Source of the DNA: Phycisphaerae bacterium
GTDB lineage: Bacteria > Planctomycetota > Phycisphaerae > UBA1845
Length of the DNA: 64,000 bases
Assembly (NCBI GenBank): GCA_035344155.1
Contig: DAORAL010000018.1
Location: 17,565-81,564 of the forward strand
Direction of reading: 5' to 3'
The number at the start of each line of letters is the position of its first letter. The stretch's first letter is position 1. The position numbers and the translations under genes are program-made. Positions 29,310-38,132 of this stretch are shown one piece after another. Below the pieces are notes generated by a model, which worked only from the letters and a program-made list of their open reading frames with translations, was not told the origin of the DNA and made no database searches.

Positions 29310-30425
29310 ATGCAACGCAAGGATTGCGACATGATGAAAGCTTCAAATCAATTCAAAGTCGGACTGCTCATTGCGATCATCGCAGGTGTCAGCCAGTCCG
29401 CGCTTGCGGAATCGGTCGAGCTTTGGCGCGATGCTGCGATCACGGACGATCAAATCTATCTTCGCGACGTTTGTACCTTGTCACAATTCGACGAGGCGGT
29501 GCTTGATCGGTTCTATTCGATCGCGATCGCAAAGGCTCCGGAAATCGGCGAATCGGCGGCTATTTCGATGGCGGGGATTCGTCGCGTTCTCAGTGACAAC
29601 GGGTTGAACCCGGCATTGACGACGTTCAAAGGCGCGACCGATTGCCAGGTCAAGCGACTTGCCCGGACGTTTGAATCCGAACCGAACCAGGGTACTGCCC
29701 AAGTCGCGGACGCCTCCGGCAACAACGGAACACAACACGGTGGGCGCACGCTTCGCGAAGTCATTGAAGCGGACCTTGGCAGTGACGCTGAATCGCTGGG
29801 CGGTTGGGTCGAAGTGGTCTACGGAAAATCGGTCGGCTCGATGCTGGAGATGCGCGAAGGTGAATTCGAGTTCGAGATTCATCGGACGAATGACAAACAG
29901 TTGGGCCTCGTCAGCATGGATGTCATTGTCTATGCACAAGGGAAAGAGGTGCAGCGGGTTGGCGTGGTTGCGGATGTGACCTTCGTCAAGCCGACCGTCG
30001 TTGCAGCCCGTCCGATCAACTTGAACGCAACCGTATCCAAGCGCGACGTCAGCATCGTCAACAAGAGTTACAAGCGATTTGAAAGCGCCGGGTTCGCCTC
30101 GGCCGATGCGGTGGTGGGCCAGCGGGCGAAGCGATTCATCCGCGTCGGTGAAATCGTCCGCGATCGAAACCTTGAGCCGGTGCCGTTGGTCAAGCGCGGT
30201 CAGATCGTGCAGGTGCATTCAAAAGCGGGCGGTGTGGTGATCGAATCGGTCGGCCGGGTGATGAAAGCCGGGGCGTATGGCGACGTCATCGAACTGCAGA
30301 CCGCCGACCGCGCAAAAAGAAAATTCACGGCGATGGTCACCGGTCCGGGACTGGTCTCGGTCGGACCGATCCACGCCAACGGTTTGGGTGCTGATACACA
30401 CTTGGCCCTTGGAGGTGAGCAATGA
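29310..30425 (+). CDS. flgA: Flagellar P-ring assembly chaperone FlgA (long form)
   Basis: C-terminal SAF/FlgA region VVAARPINLNATVSKRDV...VKRGQIVQVHSKAGGVVIESVGRVMKAGAYGDVIELQ. Signal peptide after the alternative start MMKASNQ at 29331. Confidence 0.8.
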   Translation: MQRKDCDMMKASNQFKVGLLIAIIAGVSQSALAESVELWRDAAITDDQIYLRDVCTLSQFDEAVLDRFYSIAIAKAPEIGESAAISMAGIRRVLSDNGLNPALTTFKGATDCQVKRLARTFESEPNQGTAQVADASGNNGTQHGGRTLREVIEADLGSDAESLGGWVEVVYGKSVGSMLEMREGEFEFEIHRTNDKQLGLVSMDVIVYAQGKEVQRVGVVADVTFVKPTVVAARPINLNATVSKRDVSIVNKSYKRFESAGFASADAVVGQRAKRFIRVGEIVRDRNLEPVPLVKRGQIVQVHSKAGGVVIESVGRVMKAGAYGDVIELQTADRAKRKFTAMVTGPGLVSVGPIHANGLGADTHLALGGEQ

Positions 30426-31114
30426 GATTTACCGTCACCATCACATTGAGTTTGATGATCTGCCCGGTTGCGCTGGCGCAGTCGTCATCGATTGGCCGCT
30501 TCTCCGACCTGCCTCGGCAGACCACGCCTGCGCGTGAGGAAGAACCGAAACCGGCGAACCCCGTGATCGAATCGACTTCATTGATTTCGGTTAAAGCCGC
30601 TGAACCCAAAAAGTACAAGGTGCACGACCTCATCACCATCATCGTTCGCGAACGAACGCTCTATGAAGCTGAAGGCACAGCCAACGCCAGACGCCAAGCC
30701 GATCTTCGCAGCGAACTCGATGCATTCATCAAGTTCACCGGTGGCGGTATCGGCGCGACGCCATTTCGACGCGGCAAGCCCAACATCAATTACAAGAGCA
30801 CGTTCAACCAGCGCAATGACGCCGAGTCAGAACGCGAAGACAGTCTGACCACGCGCATCACCGCAAAGATCGTGGACGTCAAACCCAACGGCAACATCGT
30901 CCTCGAAGCAAGCGGACAAACGCATCACGACAAGGAAGTGCACACGCTGCGGTTCACCGGCATGTGTCGAAGCATTGACGTTTCGCCGGACAACACCGTG
31001 CTGAGCACGCAGATTGCTGACAAGAAAATTGACATCGTTACCAAGGGCACCATCCGCAATGCAACGCGGGCGGGCTGGGCTGGCGAACTCTACGATTGGA
31101 TTAGGCCGCTCTAA
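30422..31114 (+). CDS. flgH: Flagellar L-ring protein FlgH
   Basis: 230 aa. Signal peptide, VHDLITIIVRE, LRFTGMCRSIDVSPDNTVLSTQIADKKI. ATGA overlap with flgA. Confidence 0.88.
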   Translation: MRFTVTITLSLMICPVALAQSSSIGRFSDLPRQTTPAREEEPKPANPVIESTSLISVKAAEPKKYKVHDLITIIVRERTLYEAEGTANARRQADLRSELDAFIKFTGGGIGATPFRRGKPNINYKSTFNQRNDAESEREDSLTTRITAKIVDVKPNGNIVLEASGQTHHDKEVHTLRFTGMCRSIDVSPDNTVLSTQIADKKIDIVTKGTIRNATRAGWAGELYDWIRPL

Positions 31115-32256
31115 TGACTCGAATGAATCTCATCAAGTTCACTTTGGTTGTTGCACTCGTCGGGACGCTGTCGGGCACAACGCGCAGCGCGCGGGCGGCT
31201 GGCGTCAACGCACGGGTCGGCGATGTGACCAAGCTTAAAGGTCAGCGCACCAACAAGCTCATCGGTATGGGGCTGGTGACGGGACTCTCCGGAACGGGCG
31301 ATGGTGACGAGTACCTTCCGAGCATGCGACCGCTGGCTGCGGCGTTGAAGCGCTTCGCCAACCCGGTGTCGTCGATCGAGGAACTCGGCGGCAGCAACAA
31401 TTGCGCCATCGTGATGCTGGAAGCGGTGCTTCCTGAGTTTGGCGTTCGCGAAGGCGACACCGTTGACGTGCAGGTCACGGCGTTTGGGGCGGCAAAGAGT
31501 TTGAAAGGTGGACGCCTGCTGATCACACCGCTGCTCTATCACGACTTCAACGTGCAGAAAGTTTTTGCAAGGGCGTCCGGGGCGATCAAGGTCTTGAGCG
31601 AAAGCGACCTGGTGACCGGCATCATTCGAAACGGTGCGACCGTCGAGGAAGATGTGCTCGTTCGATTCCTGGCGACGGGCCGCGAACTGCCATACGGCGC
31701 CGATTGGATCGACCCCAACGAACATTACATTACGTTGGTGCTCGACGATGCCCATGCGAGTTGGGCGATGGTGCACGAGATTGCGACGTCGATCAATACC
31801 GAACTCGCCATGGCCGCCGATGTCGAACAGGTCGCGCTGGCAGTGGATCCCAAGAACGTGATTGTCCACGTGCCCAAGACGCAGTCGGTCGCGTCGTGGA
31901 TTCAGGAGGTAGAGAACGCGGTCCTTCTGGTTCCGGATGCTGAAGCCCGCGTCATCGTCGATCGCCTTAGCGGCACGATCGTGGTTTCGGGCAACGCGAA
32001 GATGTCGCCTGTGATTGTGTCGCAACGCGGTTTGACCGTCACGATTGCACCGCGTCAGAACGGCGACGCGGTCGCGAGCACCGGCGGACCGAATGCGTTT
32101 GTGGCGATCGATCCGAATGGGGCCGGTGACGTAAACGTCGGCGACCTACTTGAGGCATTGAAGCCGCTGAACGTTCCCATCGAAGATCGAATCGAAATCC
32201 TGACCAAGGTGCACGAGTTGGGCAAGCTGCACGCAAAGTTGATTTTTGAGAACTAG
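31114..32256 (+). CDS. flgI: Flagellar P-ring protein FlgI
   Basis: 380 aa. Signal peptide, VGDVTKLKGQRTNKLIGMGLVTGLSGTGDG, VVSGNAKMSPVIVSQRGLTVTI. TAATG overlap with flgH. Confidence 0.93.
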   Translation: MTRMNLIKFTLVVALVGTLSGTTRSARAAGVNARVGDVTKLKGQRTNKLIGMGLVTGLSGTGDGDEYLPSMRPLAAALKRFANPVSSIEELGGSNNCAIVMLEAVLPEFGVREGDTVDVQVTAFGAAKSLKGGRLLITPLLYHDFNVQKVFARASGAIKVLSESDLVTGIIRNGATVEEDVLVRFLATGRELPYGADWIDPNEHYITLVLDDAHASWAMVHEIATSINTELAMAADVEQVALAVDPKNVIVHVPKTQSVASWIQEVENAVLLVPDAEARVIVDRLSGTIVVSGNAKMSPVIVSQRGLTVTIAPRQNGDAVASTGGPNAFVAIDPNGAGDVNVGDLLEALKPLNVPIEDRIEILTKVHELGKLHAKLIFEN

Positions 32257-32258
32257 TT

Positions 32259-32645
32259 ATGCAAACGGTTACGCCGCCAACTTCAACCAATACGGACGTC
32301 GCCAAGTCGGCTGCCACTTCGCAGCTCAAGCAGGCCGCGGACGAGATCGTGGGCTCGGTCTTCTACGGAACGATGCTGCGCCAGATTCGTTCGTCGGAGT
32401 TCAAGGGCAAGTACGGTCATGGCGGTCGTGGCGAGGAAGTATTTCAGGCTCAGCTTGACCAGGTTTTCGCGAAGGAAATGGGACGCAGCAAGAACTGGAA
32501 TATCTCGGAAGCGATTGTGGACCGCTATCAGCGCAACGCCATTCATGCTGAGAAGGTGCGCACGCGACAGCAGGCGGCGATCGCCCAGGCACAACGAGAT
32601 CTTGACCAGTTGGCACAACCGAAAGCGGAGAAACCATCGTGGTAA
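32259..32645 (+). CDS. Rod-binding protein (FlgJ N-terminal-domain type, no muramidase domain)
   Basis: 128 aa. VGSVFYGTMLRQIRSSEF...GGRGEEVFQAQLDQVFAKEM resembles the rod-binding domain. Position between flgI and flgN/flgK. Confidence 0.7.
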   Translation: MQTVTPPTSTNTDVAKSAATSQLKQAADEIVGSVFYGTMLRQIRSSEFKGKYGHGGRGEEVFQAQLDQVFAKEMGRSKNWNISEAIVDRYQRNAIHAEKVRTRQQAAIAQAQRDLDQLAQPKAEKPSW

Positions 32646-33163
32646 TGCAGGGACCAGACAATTCGCGAATCACGACGCTGGTTCGATTGCTGGACGAGAT
32701 CGCCGAACTGCACGTTCGCTTGCTCGCAGCCATCGATGCGAAGATCGCCGCGATGAAGACGGCCGACACCGACCAGATTCGTGAGGCGATGCTTGGCGAA
32801 AAAGCCATCGTCGAGCAGATCAACGAGCGGGAAGGGCTTCGCAAGCAGTTGACCGTCAATCTCGGTCGGTCATATGGCGTCAGCCCGCAGCGGGCCCGTG
32901 CGATGACAGCGATGCAGCTTGCCGAACGGTTCGCCGGGACGGAAGCGCCGAAGATCGAAGCCGCAGTCAAGCGGATGCGCGAATTGACGAGTCAGATTGC
33001 CCGTCGCAACCACGTCGCCCAGTTGGTGTCGCAGAATATTTTGCGACACATGCGCGTGGTGTTTGCTTCGATGACGGCTCCGACGACGGGCGGCGCGGCG
33101 TACTCATCCGATGGTCAGGCGAGTGTGTCGGCGAACGAACGAATTTTTGATTTGGTGGGATAG
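32645..33163 (+). CDS. flgN: FlgN-like flagellar export chaperone
   Basis: 172 aa, helical. LVRLLDEIAELHVRLLAAIDAKIAAMKTADTDQI..., located directly upstream of flgK. ATG 32645 overlaps the previous TAA (TAATG). Assignment is by context and weak similarity. Confidence 0.55.
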   Translation: MQGPDNSRITTLVRLLDEIAELHVRLLAAIDAKIAAMKTADTDQIREAMLGEKAIVEQINEREGLRKQLTVNLGRSYGVSPQRARAMTAMQLAERFAGTEAPKIEAAVKRMRELTSQIARRNHVAQLVSQNILRHMRVVFASMTAPTTGGAAYSSDGQASVSANERIFDLVG

Positions 33164-33168
33164 GTCAT

Positions 33169-34899
33169 ATGGGACTTGTAACTTCAGGACTAACAGCCGG
33201 TCGTAACGCATTGCTTTCATATCAGGGAGCGTTGCAGGTCGTCGGTAACAACGTCGCCAATGCGGGCAACGTCGATTACACGCGGCAGTCGGCGGAATTG
33301 TCGGCGGTCAACGGCACGTCGATCGGTCCGGGGCTGCGTCCCGGTGCCGGCGTGGCGATCACCGGACTGAAGCGACACGTGGATGAGGCGTTGGACAATC
33401 GACTGCGTGCATCGGTCGGAGATTTGCAGTCGGCGATCGCCCAACGACAGGGGATCGGCCAGATCGAAGTGTATTTTAACGACCTGACCGGTTCGGGCAT
33501 CAGCTCGCAGATCACCGATTTCTTCAACAGCCTAAGCGACGTGCAGAATGCACCGGATGATCTGGCGATTCGGGCCGTTGCGATTTCAAACGGTGACGCA
33601 CTGACTCGAACGCTGCGGGCAACCCGGACTGACATCATCGAAACGTCGCTCGACTTCAACAACGAAATCCGTCGGGTCGTGAAAGACGCCGATCGCGTGG
33701 CCGCCGAAATTGCTGAACTCAATACGCAGATCGTGTCTGTCGAAGCCGGCGGAACCGGGCAGGCCAACGCCCTTCGCGATCGTCGCGATGCCTTGATCCG
33801 CGATCTCAGCGAAGTCTTCGACGTGCAGGTTCGCGAGCAACCAAGCGGAGCCGTCAGCGTTTACGTCGGTAACGAACCATTGATCCAACACGGTGCATCG
33901 CGCGGGCTCACCACCGAGGACGAACTCGATGGAAGTTTCGAGCGGACCACTGTGCGGTTCGCCGACACCAACGCAACGGTTAATGTCGCCGGCGGTGTGA
34001 TTGAAGGAATCATCCGGGCGCGTGACGACCAAGCCATCGCCCAAGTAGCAAAGCTAGATCAGTTGGCCGCCGGCATCATCGCAGAAGTCAACGCCATTCA
34101 TGCCGACGGCCAGGGGCTGCGTCCATTCACGTCGGTCGTTGCCAGCAACGTGGTCGATGACGTCACCGCGCCGCTGAACAGTCTCGAAGCCGGTCTTCAA
34201 AATCTCCCGCAGAACGGAAGCTTCTACATTTCCGTGACGGATAAAGCCACCGGATCACCGGTTTCGTATCGCATCGAAGTTGATTTGGACGGCCAGGGCG
34301 TGGACACGACGCTTGAGGATATCGTGACCGCGATCAACACGGATGTGGCCGGTGTGAACGCTTCGATTACGCCCGACCACCGTTTGAGTCTCAATGCCGA
34401 CGCGGGTTTTGCATTCACTTTTGGCAATGACGGCGATTCCTTCCGCGAAGATTCGTCCAAACTGCTCGCGGCGCTGGGCATCAACACGTTCTTTCAAGGT
34501 TCCGGCGCCGATGACATCGCCGTTCGTGAAGAACTCAAAAACGATTCGGGTTTTCTCGCGGCTGCCACGGTCAACCACGTCGGTGACGGAAACAATGCCG
34601 GGCGTATGTCGGCGCTGACCAACCAGGCGAGCGATGTGCTCAACGGTGCGACGATCTTTGAATATTACAACGGTATCGCCAACCGCATTGCAGCCGACGG
34701 TGCATCGGTTCAGAACACGTTGGAGGCGGCAGAGGTGATCACATCATCACTGGAAGAACAGCGTCAAAGCGTGAGCGGTGTGAGCCTTGACGAGGAAGCG
34801 ATTGGATTGCTCAAGTACGAAAGGGCGTTTCAAGGGGCGGCGCGATATGTCGGCGCGGTTGACTCGCTGCTCCAGGAACTGCTTGGGTTGGTGAGGTAG
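33169..34899 (+). CDS. flgK: Flagellar hook-associated protein 1 FlgK
   Basis: 576 aa. LQVVGNNVANAGNVDYTRQ at the N-terminus and VSGVSLDEEAIGLLKYERAFQGAARYV at the C-terminus. Confidence 0.9.
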   Translation: MGLVTSGLTAGRNALLSYQGALQVVGNNVANAGNVDYTRQSAELSAVNGTSIGPGLRPGAGVAITGLKRHVDEALDNRLRASVGDLQSAIAQRQGIGQIEVYFNDLTGSGISSQITDFFNSLSDVQNAPDDLAIRAVAISNGDALTRTLRATRTDIIETSLDFNNEIRRVVKDADRVAAEIAELNTQIVSVEAGGTGQANALRDRRDALIRDLSEVFDVQVREQPSGAVSVYVGNEPLIQHGASRGLTTEDELDGSFERTTVRFADTNATVNVAGGVIEGIIRARDDQAIAQVAKLDQLAAGIIAEVNAIHADGQGLRPFTSVVASNVVDDVTAPLNSLEAGLQNLPQNGSFYISVTDKATGSPVSYRIEVDLDGQGVDTTLEDIVTAINTDVAGVNASITPDHRLSLNADAGFAFTFGNDGDSFREDSSKLLAALGINTFFQGSGADDIAVREELKNDSGFLAAATVNHVGDGNNAGRMSALTNQASDVLNGATIFEYYNGIANRIAADGASVQNTLEAAEVITSSLEEQRQSVSGVSLDEEAIGLLKYERAFQGAARYVGAVDSLLQELLGLVR

Positions 34900-34903
34900 C
34901 TAA

Positions 34904-34917
34904 ACACACACACACAC
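34904..34917. repeat. (AC)7 dinucleotide microsatellite in the flgK-flgL spacer
   Basis: taaACACACACACACACttgg read directly. Confidence 0.9.
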
Positions 34918-34983
34918 TTGGTCGAAGTGGTTTGATGGCAGTTTGACGTTCGGGCGACACGAAACCGTCGCGAGGATAAAGAG

Positions 34984-36924
34984 ATGGCAATCAACTCAGT
35001 CAATCTAAGTCGCGTAACGACGACGCAGAAGACGGAAGCGTTGTTGTCGTCATTGCGCCGCAACACGGCCGAGCTCTTTACCGGTCAAGGGCGTCTCGCA
35101 TCCGGGCAACGGTTCCAGACGCCAAGCGAAGATCCGGGAAGTGCCGCCCGCGTGCTGAACATGTCCGAAATCCTCGGTGAGCAGTCGCAGTTCATCACCA
35201 ATATTCGTCACGCGGCAGACACCCTGGACGCCACGGACGTTTCGATGGGTGAAGTCAGCGCCCTGATCATCGATGCACAGGCGATCGCGAGTCAGAATAT
35301 CGGGACGTTGTCGAGCCCTGCGGAACGCGAGGCGGCGGCTGAACTGATTGCATCAATTCGCGACCAACTGGTTGCCGTCGGCAACCGCACATTTGAAGGG
35401 CGATACCTCTTCGCGGGCAGGGACACCGATCGCCAGCCGTTCATCGAGACGATCGACGGCGTGCGATACGTTGGCGACACCGGAGATGTTTATGCACGGA
35501 CCGATGTCGATGAACTGACGCCGATCAACCTGCCGGGCAACGTTCTGTTCGGCGCGATTTCGAGTCAGGTGCGGGGCACGGTCGATCTCAATCCGATCAT
35601 CTCCGACGGCACGAGATTGGAAGACCTCAGCGGCGCTCGTGAACTAGGCATTCGCAAGGGCTCGTTTCAGATCGTCGAAGATGGAGCGGCTGGCGTGGTG
35701 ACGGTTGACATTACGTCGGCGGACACGGCTGGCGATGTTGTTCAGTTGATCAACGATGCTGCGACGGCGGCTGGTGCAGGCTTTACGGCGACGCTGACGA
35801 ACAACGGGATCACGGTCACGCCGGGCGCGACTCCGATTTCGATTCGCGACATCAGCACGGGAACGACGGCTGGCGATCTTGGCATTACAACCGCGGCACC
35901 GACAGCCGCAGCAATTGTCGGAACGGATCTTGGTGTGTCGCTGTCGCGGACGACGCCGCTCACCGCATTGCTTGATGGCGCCGGTTTGGATGTGACGGCT
36001 GGCATCACTATGACGAATGGCGCGAGCTCGGCGACGATCGACTTGTCCACGGCCACGTCAATCCAGGACGTGCTCAACGCGATCAACAACTCCGGACTGT
36101 CGGTTAAAGCAAGTATCAATGAGGCGGGCACGGGGATCGACGTGGTGAACCTGCTCTCGGGTACGGAACTGTCGATCGGCGAAAACGGTGGAGCCGTCGC
36201 GAGCGGTCTTGGTATTCGCTCCCTGGATTTGGACACGCCGCTGGCAAGTTTGAACAACGGGCGCGGTGTGCGAATCGAAGAGGGCAAGACCGACCTGCTC
36301 ATCACCGCAAAAAATGGCAACTCGTTCGAAGTCAATCTCGATGGTTTAACCACGGTTGGCGAAGTGATCGATGCAATCAACCTCGCCGCCACCGGTGCAG
36401 GCGTCGGAATGACCGCGAGCCTCGCGGCGGTGGGTAGCGGCATCACGCTGACGGACTCATCGGGTGGTACAGGGTTCATGTCGGCTGGGCGAGCGAACCT
36501 GTCGTTCGCCGTGGATGATCTCGGTTTGACCGGAACGGTTGATGATCCGGAGACGCAGATTGTCGGTACGGATGTGGCATCGGCGCGGGCGACCGGTGTG
36601 TTGACGGCGCTGTTTGATCTGGAGCGTGCTTTGATCGCGGACGATTCGCAGGCCCTGACAATCGCCGCAGAAGACATCGATCGTCACCTCGTCGATTTCA
36701 ATAAATCGCGCGGCATCATTGGCGCACGCGGCAAGTCAATGCGTGACCGTCAGACGCAAACGGAAAACGCGGTCTTCGCGACCGAGCAGTTGATGAGCGA
36801 AGTTCGCGATCTGGATTACACAGAAGCTGTGACCCGATTTCAGCAGGCCCAGACGGCGCTTCAAGCCAGTTTGCTGACCGGTTCGCAGGTCTTGAATACG
36901 TCCCTGCTCGACTTCTTGCGATAG
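34984..36924 (+). CDS. flgL: Flagellar hook-associated protein 3 FlgL (long, with three flagellin-IN-like internal repeats)
   Basis: 646 aa. N-terminal RLASGQRFQTPSEDPGSAARVL, C-terminal DYTEAVTRFQQAQTALQASLLTGSQVLNTSLLDFL. Internal repeats DVVQLINDAATAAGAGFTATL / IQDVLNAINNSGLSVKASI / VGEVIDAINLAATGAGVGMTASL. Confidence 0.85.
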   Translation: MAINSVNLSRVTTTQKTEALLSSLRRNTAELFTGQGRLASGQRFQTPSEDPGSAARVLNMSEILGEQSQFITNIRHAADTLDATDVSMGEVSALIIDAQAIASQNIGTLSSPAEREAAAELIASIRDQLVAVGNRTFEGRYLFAGRDTDRQPFIETIDGVRYVGDTGDVYARTDVDELTPINLPGNVLFGAISSQVRGTVDLNPIISDGTRLEDLSGARELGIRKGSFQIVEDGAAGVVTVDITSADTAGDVVQLINDAATAAGAGFTATLTNNGITVTPGATPISIRDISTGTTAGDLGITTAAPTAAAIVGTDLGVSLSRTTPLTALLDGAGLDVTAGITMTNGASSATIDLSTATSIQDVLNAINNSGLSVKASINEAGTGIDVVNLLSGTELSIGENGGAVASGLGIRSLDLDTPLASLNNGRGVRIEEGKTDLLITAKNGNSFEVNLDGLTTVGEVIDAINLAATGAGVGMTASLAAVGSGITLTDSSGGTGFMSAGRANLSFAVDDLGLTGTVDDPETQIVGTDVASARATGVLTALFDLERALIADDSQALTIAAEDIDRHLVDFNKSRGIIGARGKSMRDRQTQTENAVFATEQLMSEVRDLDYTEAVTRFQQAQTALQASLLTGSQVLNTSLLDFLR

Positions 36925-37151
36925 GAGCGAGGCGGGTCGAACGGTCACCAAGTGGGGGCCGTTGGTGGTGCGGTGATTTGATTTCACCGCGAAGTGCAAA
37001 AGTTGAAACGTCATCAGCGTCTCGCAGTCGGTGCTGATCGGCGCATGGTTGTCCTGCGAGGAGATGCAGGAGCACGCGAAGACAACGCGTGAGAGCTTTC
37101 CGTCGTTCGGAAGCGCGCGGCCAAAATGGATCGACTGCAGGGAGAGGCGCG

Positions 37152-37604
37152 ATGACCATACAAACGTCGCGATTCGGACCGCTAGAGGTAAACGAAGAGA
37201 GGTTCATCACGTTTGAACAGGGTATTCTGGGTTTTCCGAACCAGAAACAATATGCCTTGATTCAAACCGGTGACAACAGTGGGTTCTATTGGCTCCAGGC
37301 TGTTGACCGCGCAGAGTTGGCGTTCGTGGTGTGTGACCCACGCCTGTTCGTCCAGGATTACCGCGCTCCGGTCAAGTCGGAAGAGTTGACGAATCTCGGT
37401 GTGACGGATCCGGATCAAGCCCAGGTTTTCATCATCGTCAACAAGATTGACAAGGTGTTGACTGGCAACCTTCAGGGACCGTTGGTCATCAACGTGAAAA
37501 CGCACGCGGCACGGCAGTTGGTGTTGAGCGATCGCAAGTACTCGACGCGACACCCGCTCATGCGATTGCCTGAACCGCAGCCCGCAATGAGCAAGACGGG
37601 CTAA
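37152..37604 (+). CDS. fliW: Flagellar assembly factor FliW (CsrA antagonist)
   Basis: Start at ATG 37152 (GGAGAGG upstream). MTIQTSRFGPLEVNEERFITFEQGILGFPNQKQYALIQ is collinear with B. subtilis FliW. NLQGPLVIN block. Confidence 0.88.
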   Translation: MTIQTSRFGPLEVNEERFITFEQGILGFPNQKQYALIQTGDNSGFYWLQAVDRAELAFVVCDPRLFVQDYRAPVKSEELTNLGVTDPDQAQVFIIVNKIDKVLTGNLQGPLVINVKTHAARQLVLSDRKYSTRHPLMRLPEPQPAMSKTG

Positions 37605-37800
37605 TACTTTTCATTCGCGCCGATTCAAGCAGTCTTTTGCTTGTACGTAGTGAAAATCGGTGCGTGGTCTCGGTGGTAAGACGACCGCTCTGTGTGCTTA
37701 CGAGCGATTTGGGTTGCGAAGTTTCGCCGACTAAGCGAATCCAGATGGTCTTGCCAACAATAAAGCGCAGATATAGGCCGACCCGAGGAAGGAGCCACGG

Positions 37801-38040
37801 ATGTTGGTGCTATCTAGGACGCGCGATGAAACGATCATGGTCGGAGACGACATTGAAATAACCGTCGTTGACGTTCGAGGAGACAAGGTACGGTTGGGCA
37901 TCAAAGCGCCAACCACCATCCCCGTTCATCGCAAGGAAGTCTATGAAGCAATCAAGACGGAAAATACAAACGCCGCGACACTCAGTGTCGATCAAATGGC
38001 ACAGGTGATTCAGCGGCATGAACATACACACGTGCGTTAG
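37801..38040 (+). CDS. csrA: Carbon storage regulator CsrA
   Basis: 79 aa. MLVLSRTRDETIMVGDDIEITVVDVRGDKVRLGIKAPTTIPVHRKEVYEAI. Confidence 0.93.
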   Translation: MLVLSRTRDETIMVGDDIEITVVDVRGDKVRLGIKAPTTIPVHRKEVYEAIKTENTNAATLSVDQMAQVIQRHEHTHVR

Positions 38041-38088
38041 TTGGCACACGCCCATTACCTAGGGCAGAAAGTCAGGGTGCTGGCCCGA

Positions 38089-38126
38089 CAAGGATGAGAG
38101 GGTCAGCGTAATGCAATCAAGGAGGA
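38089..38126 (+). promoter_or_regulatory. Two CsrA-type CAAGGA boxes in the flagellin 5' leader, the second overlapping the Shine-Dalgarno
   Basis: CAAGGATG at 38089-38096 and CAAGGAGGA at 38118-38126. fliC ATG at 38133. Confidence 0.5.
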
Positions 38127-38132
38127 TTGCTC

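Noticed and set aside
35742-36677. 311-aa minus-strand ORF opposite flgL. Similar shadows lie at 31111-32025 opposite flgI, 16872-17642 and 15525-16367 opposite the matrixin, 58456-59202 opposite the cupredoxin lipoprotein, and 22440-23168 opposite uvrB/nadC.
   Set aside because: Antisense shadows of confidently assigned genes.
38042-38057. TGGCACacgccCATTA upstream of fliC as a sigma-54 promoter
   Set aside because: The -12 element lacks the GC dinucleotide at the required spacing. A sigma-28-like GAAAGT...CCCGACAA nearby has the wrong spacer (13 instead of 15) and a 6/8 -10. No confident flagellin promoter could be called.
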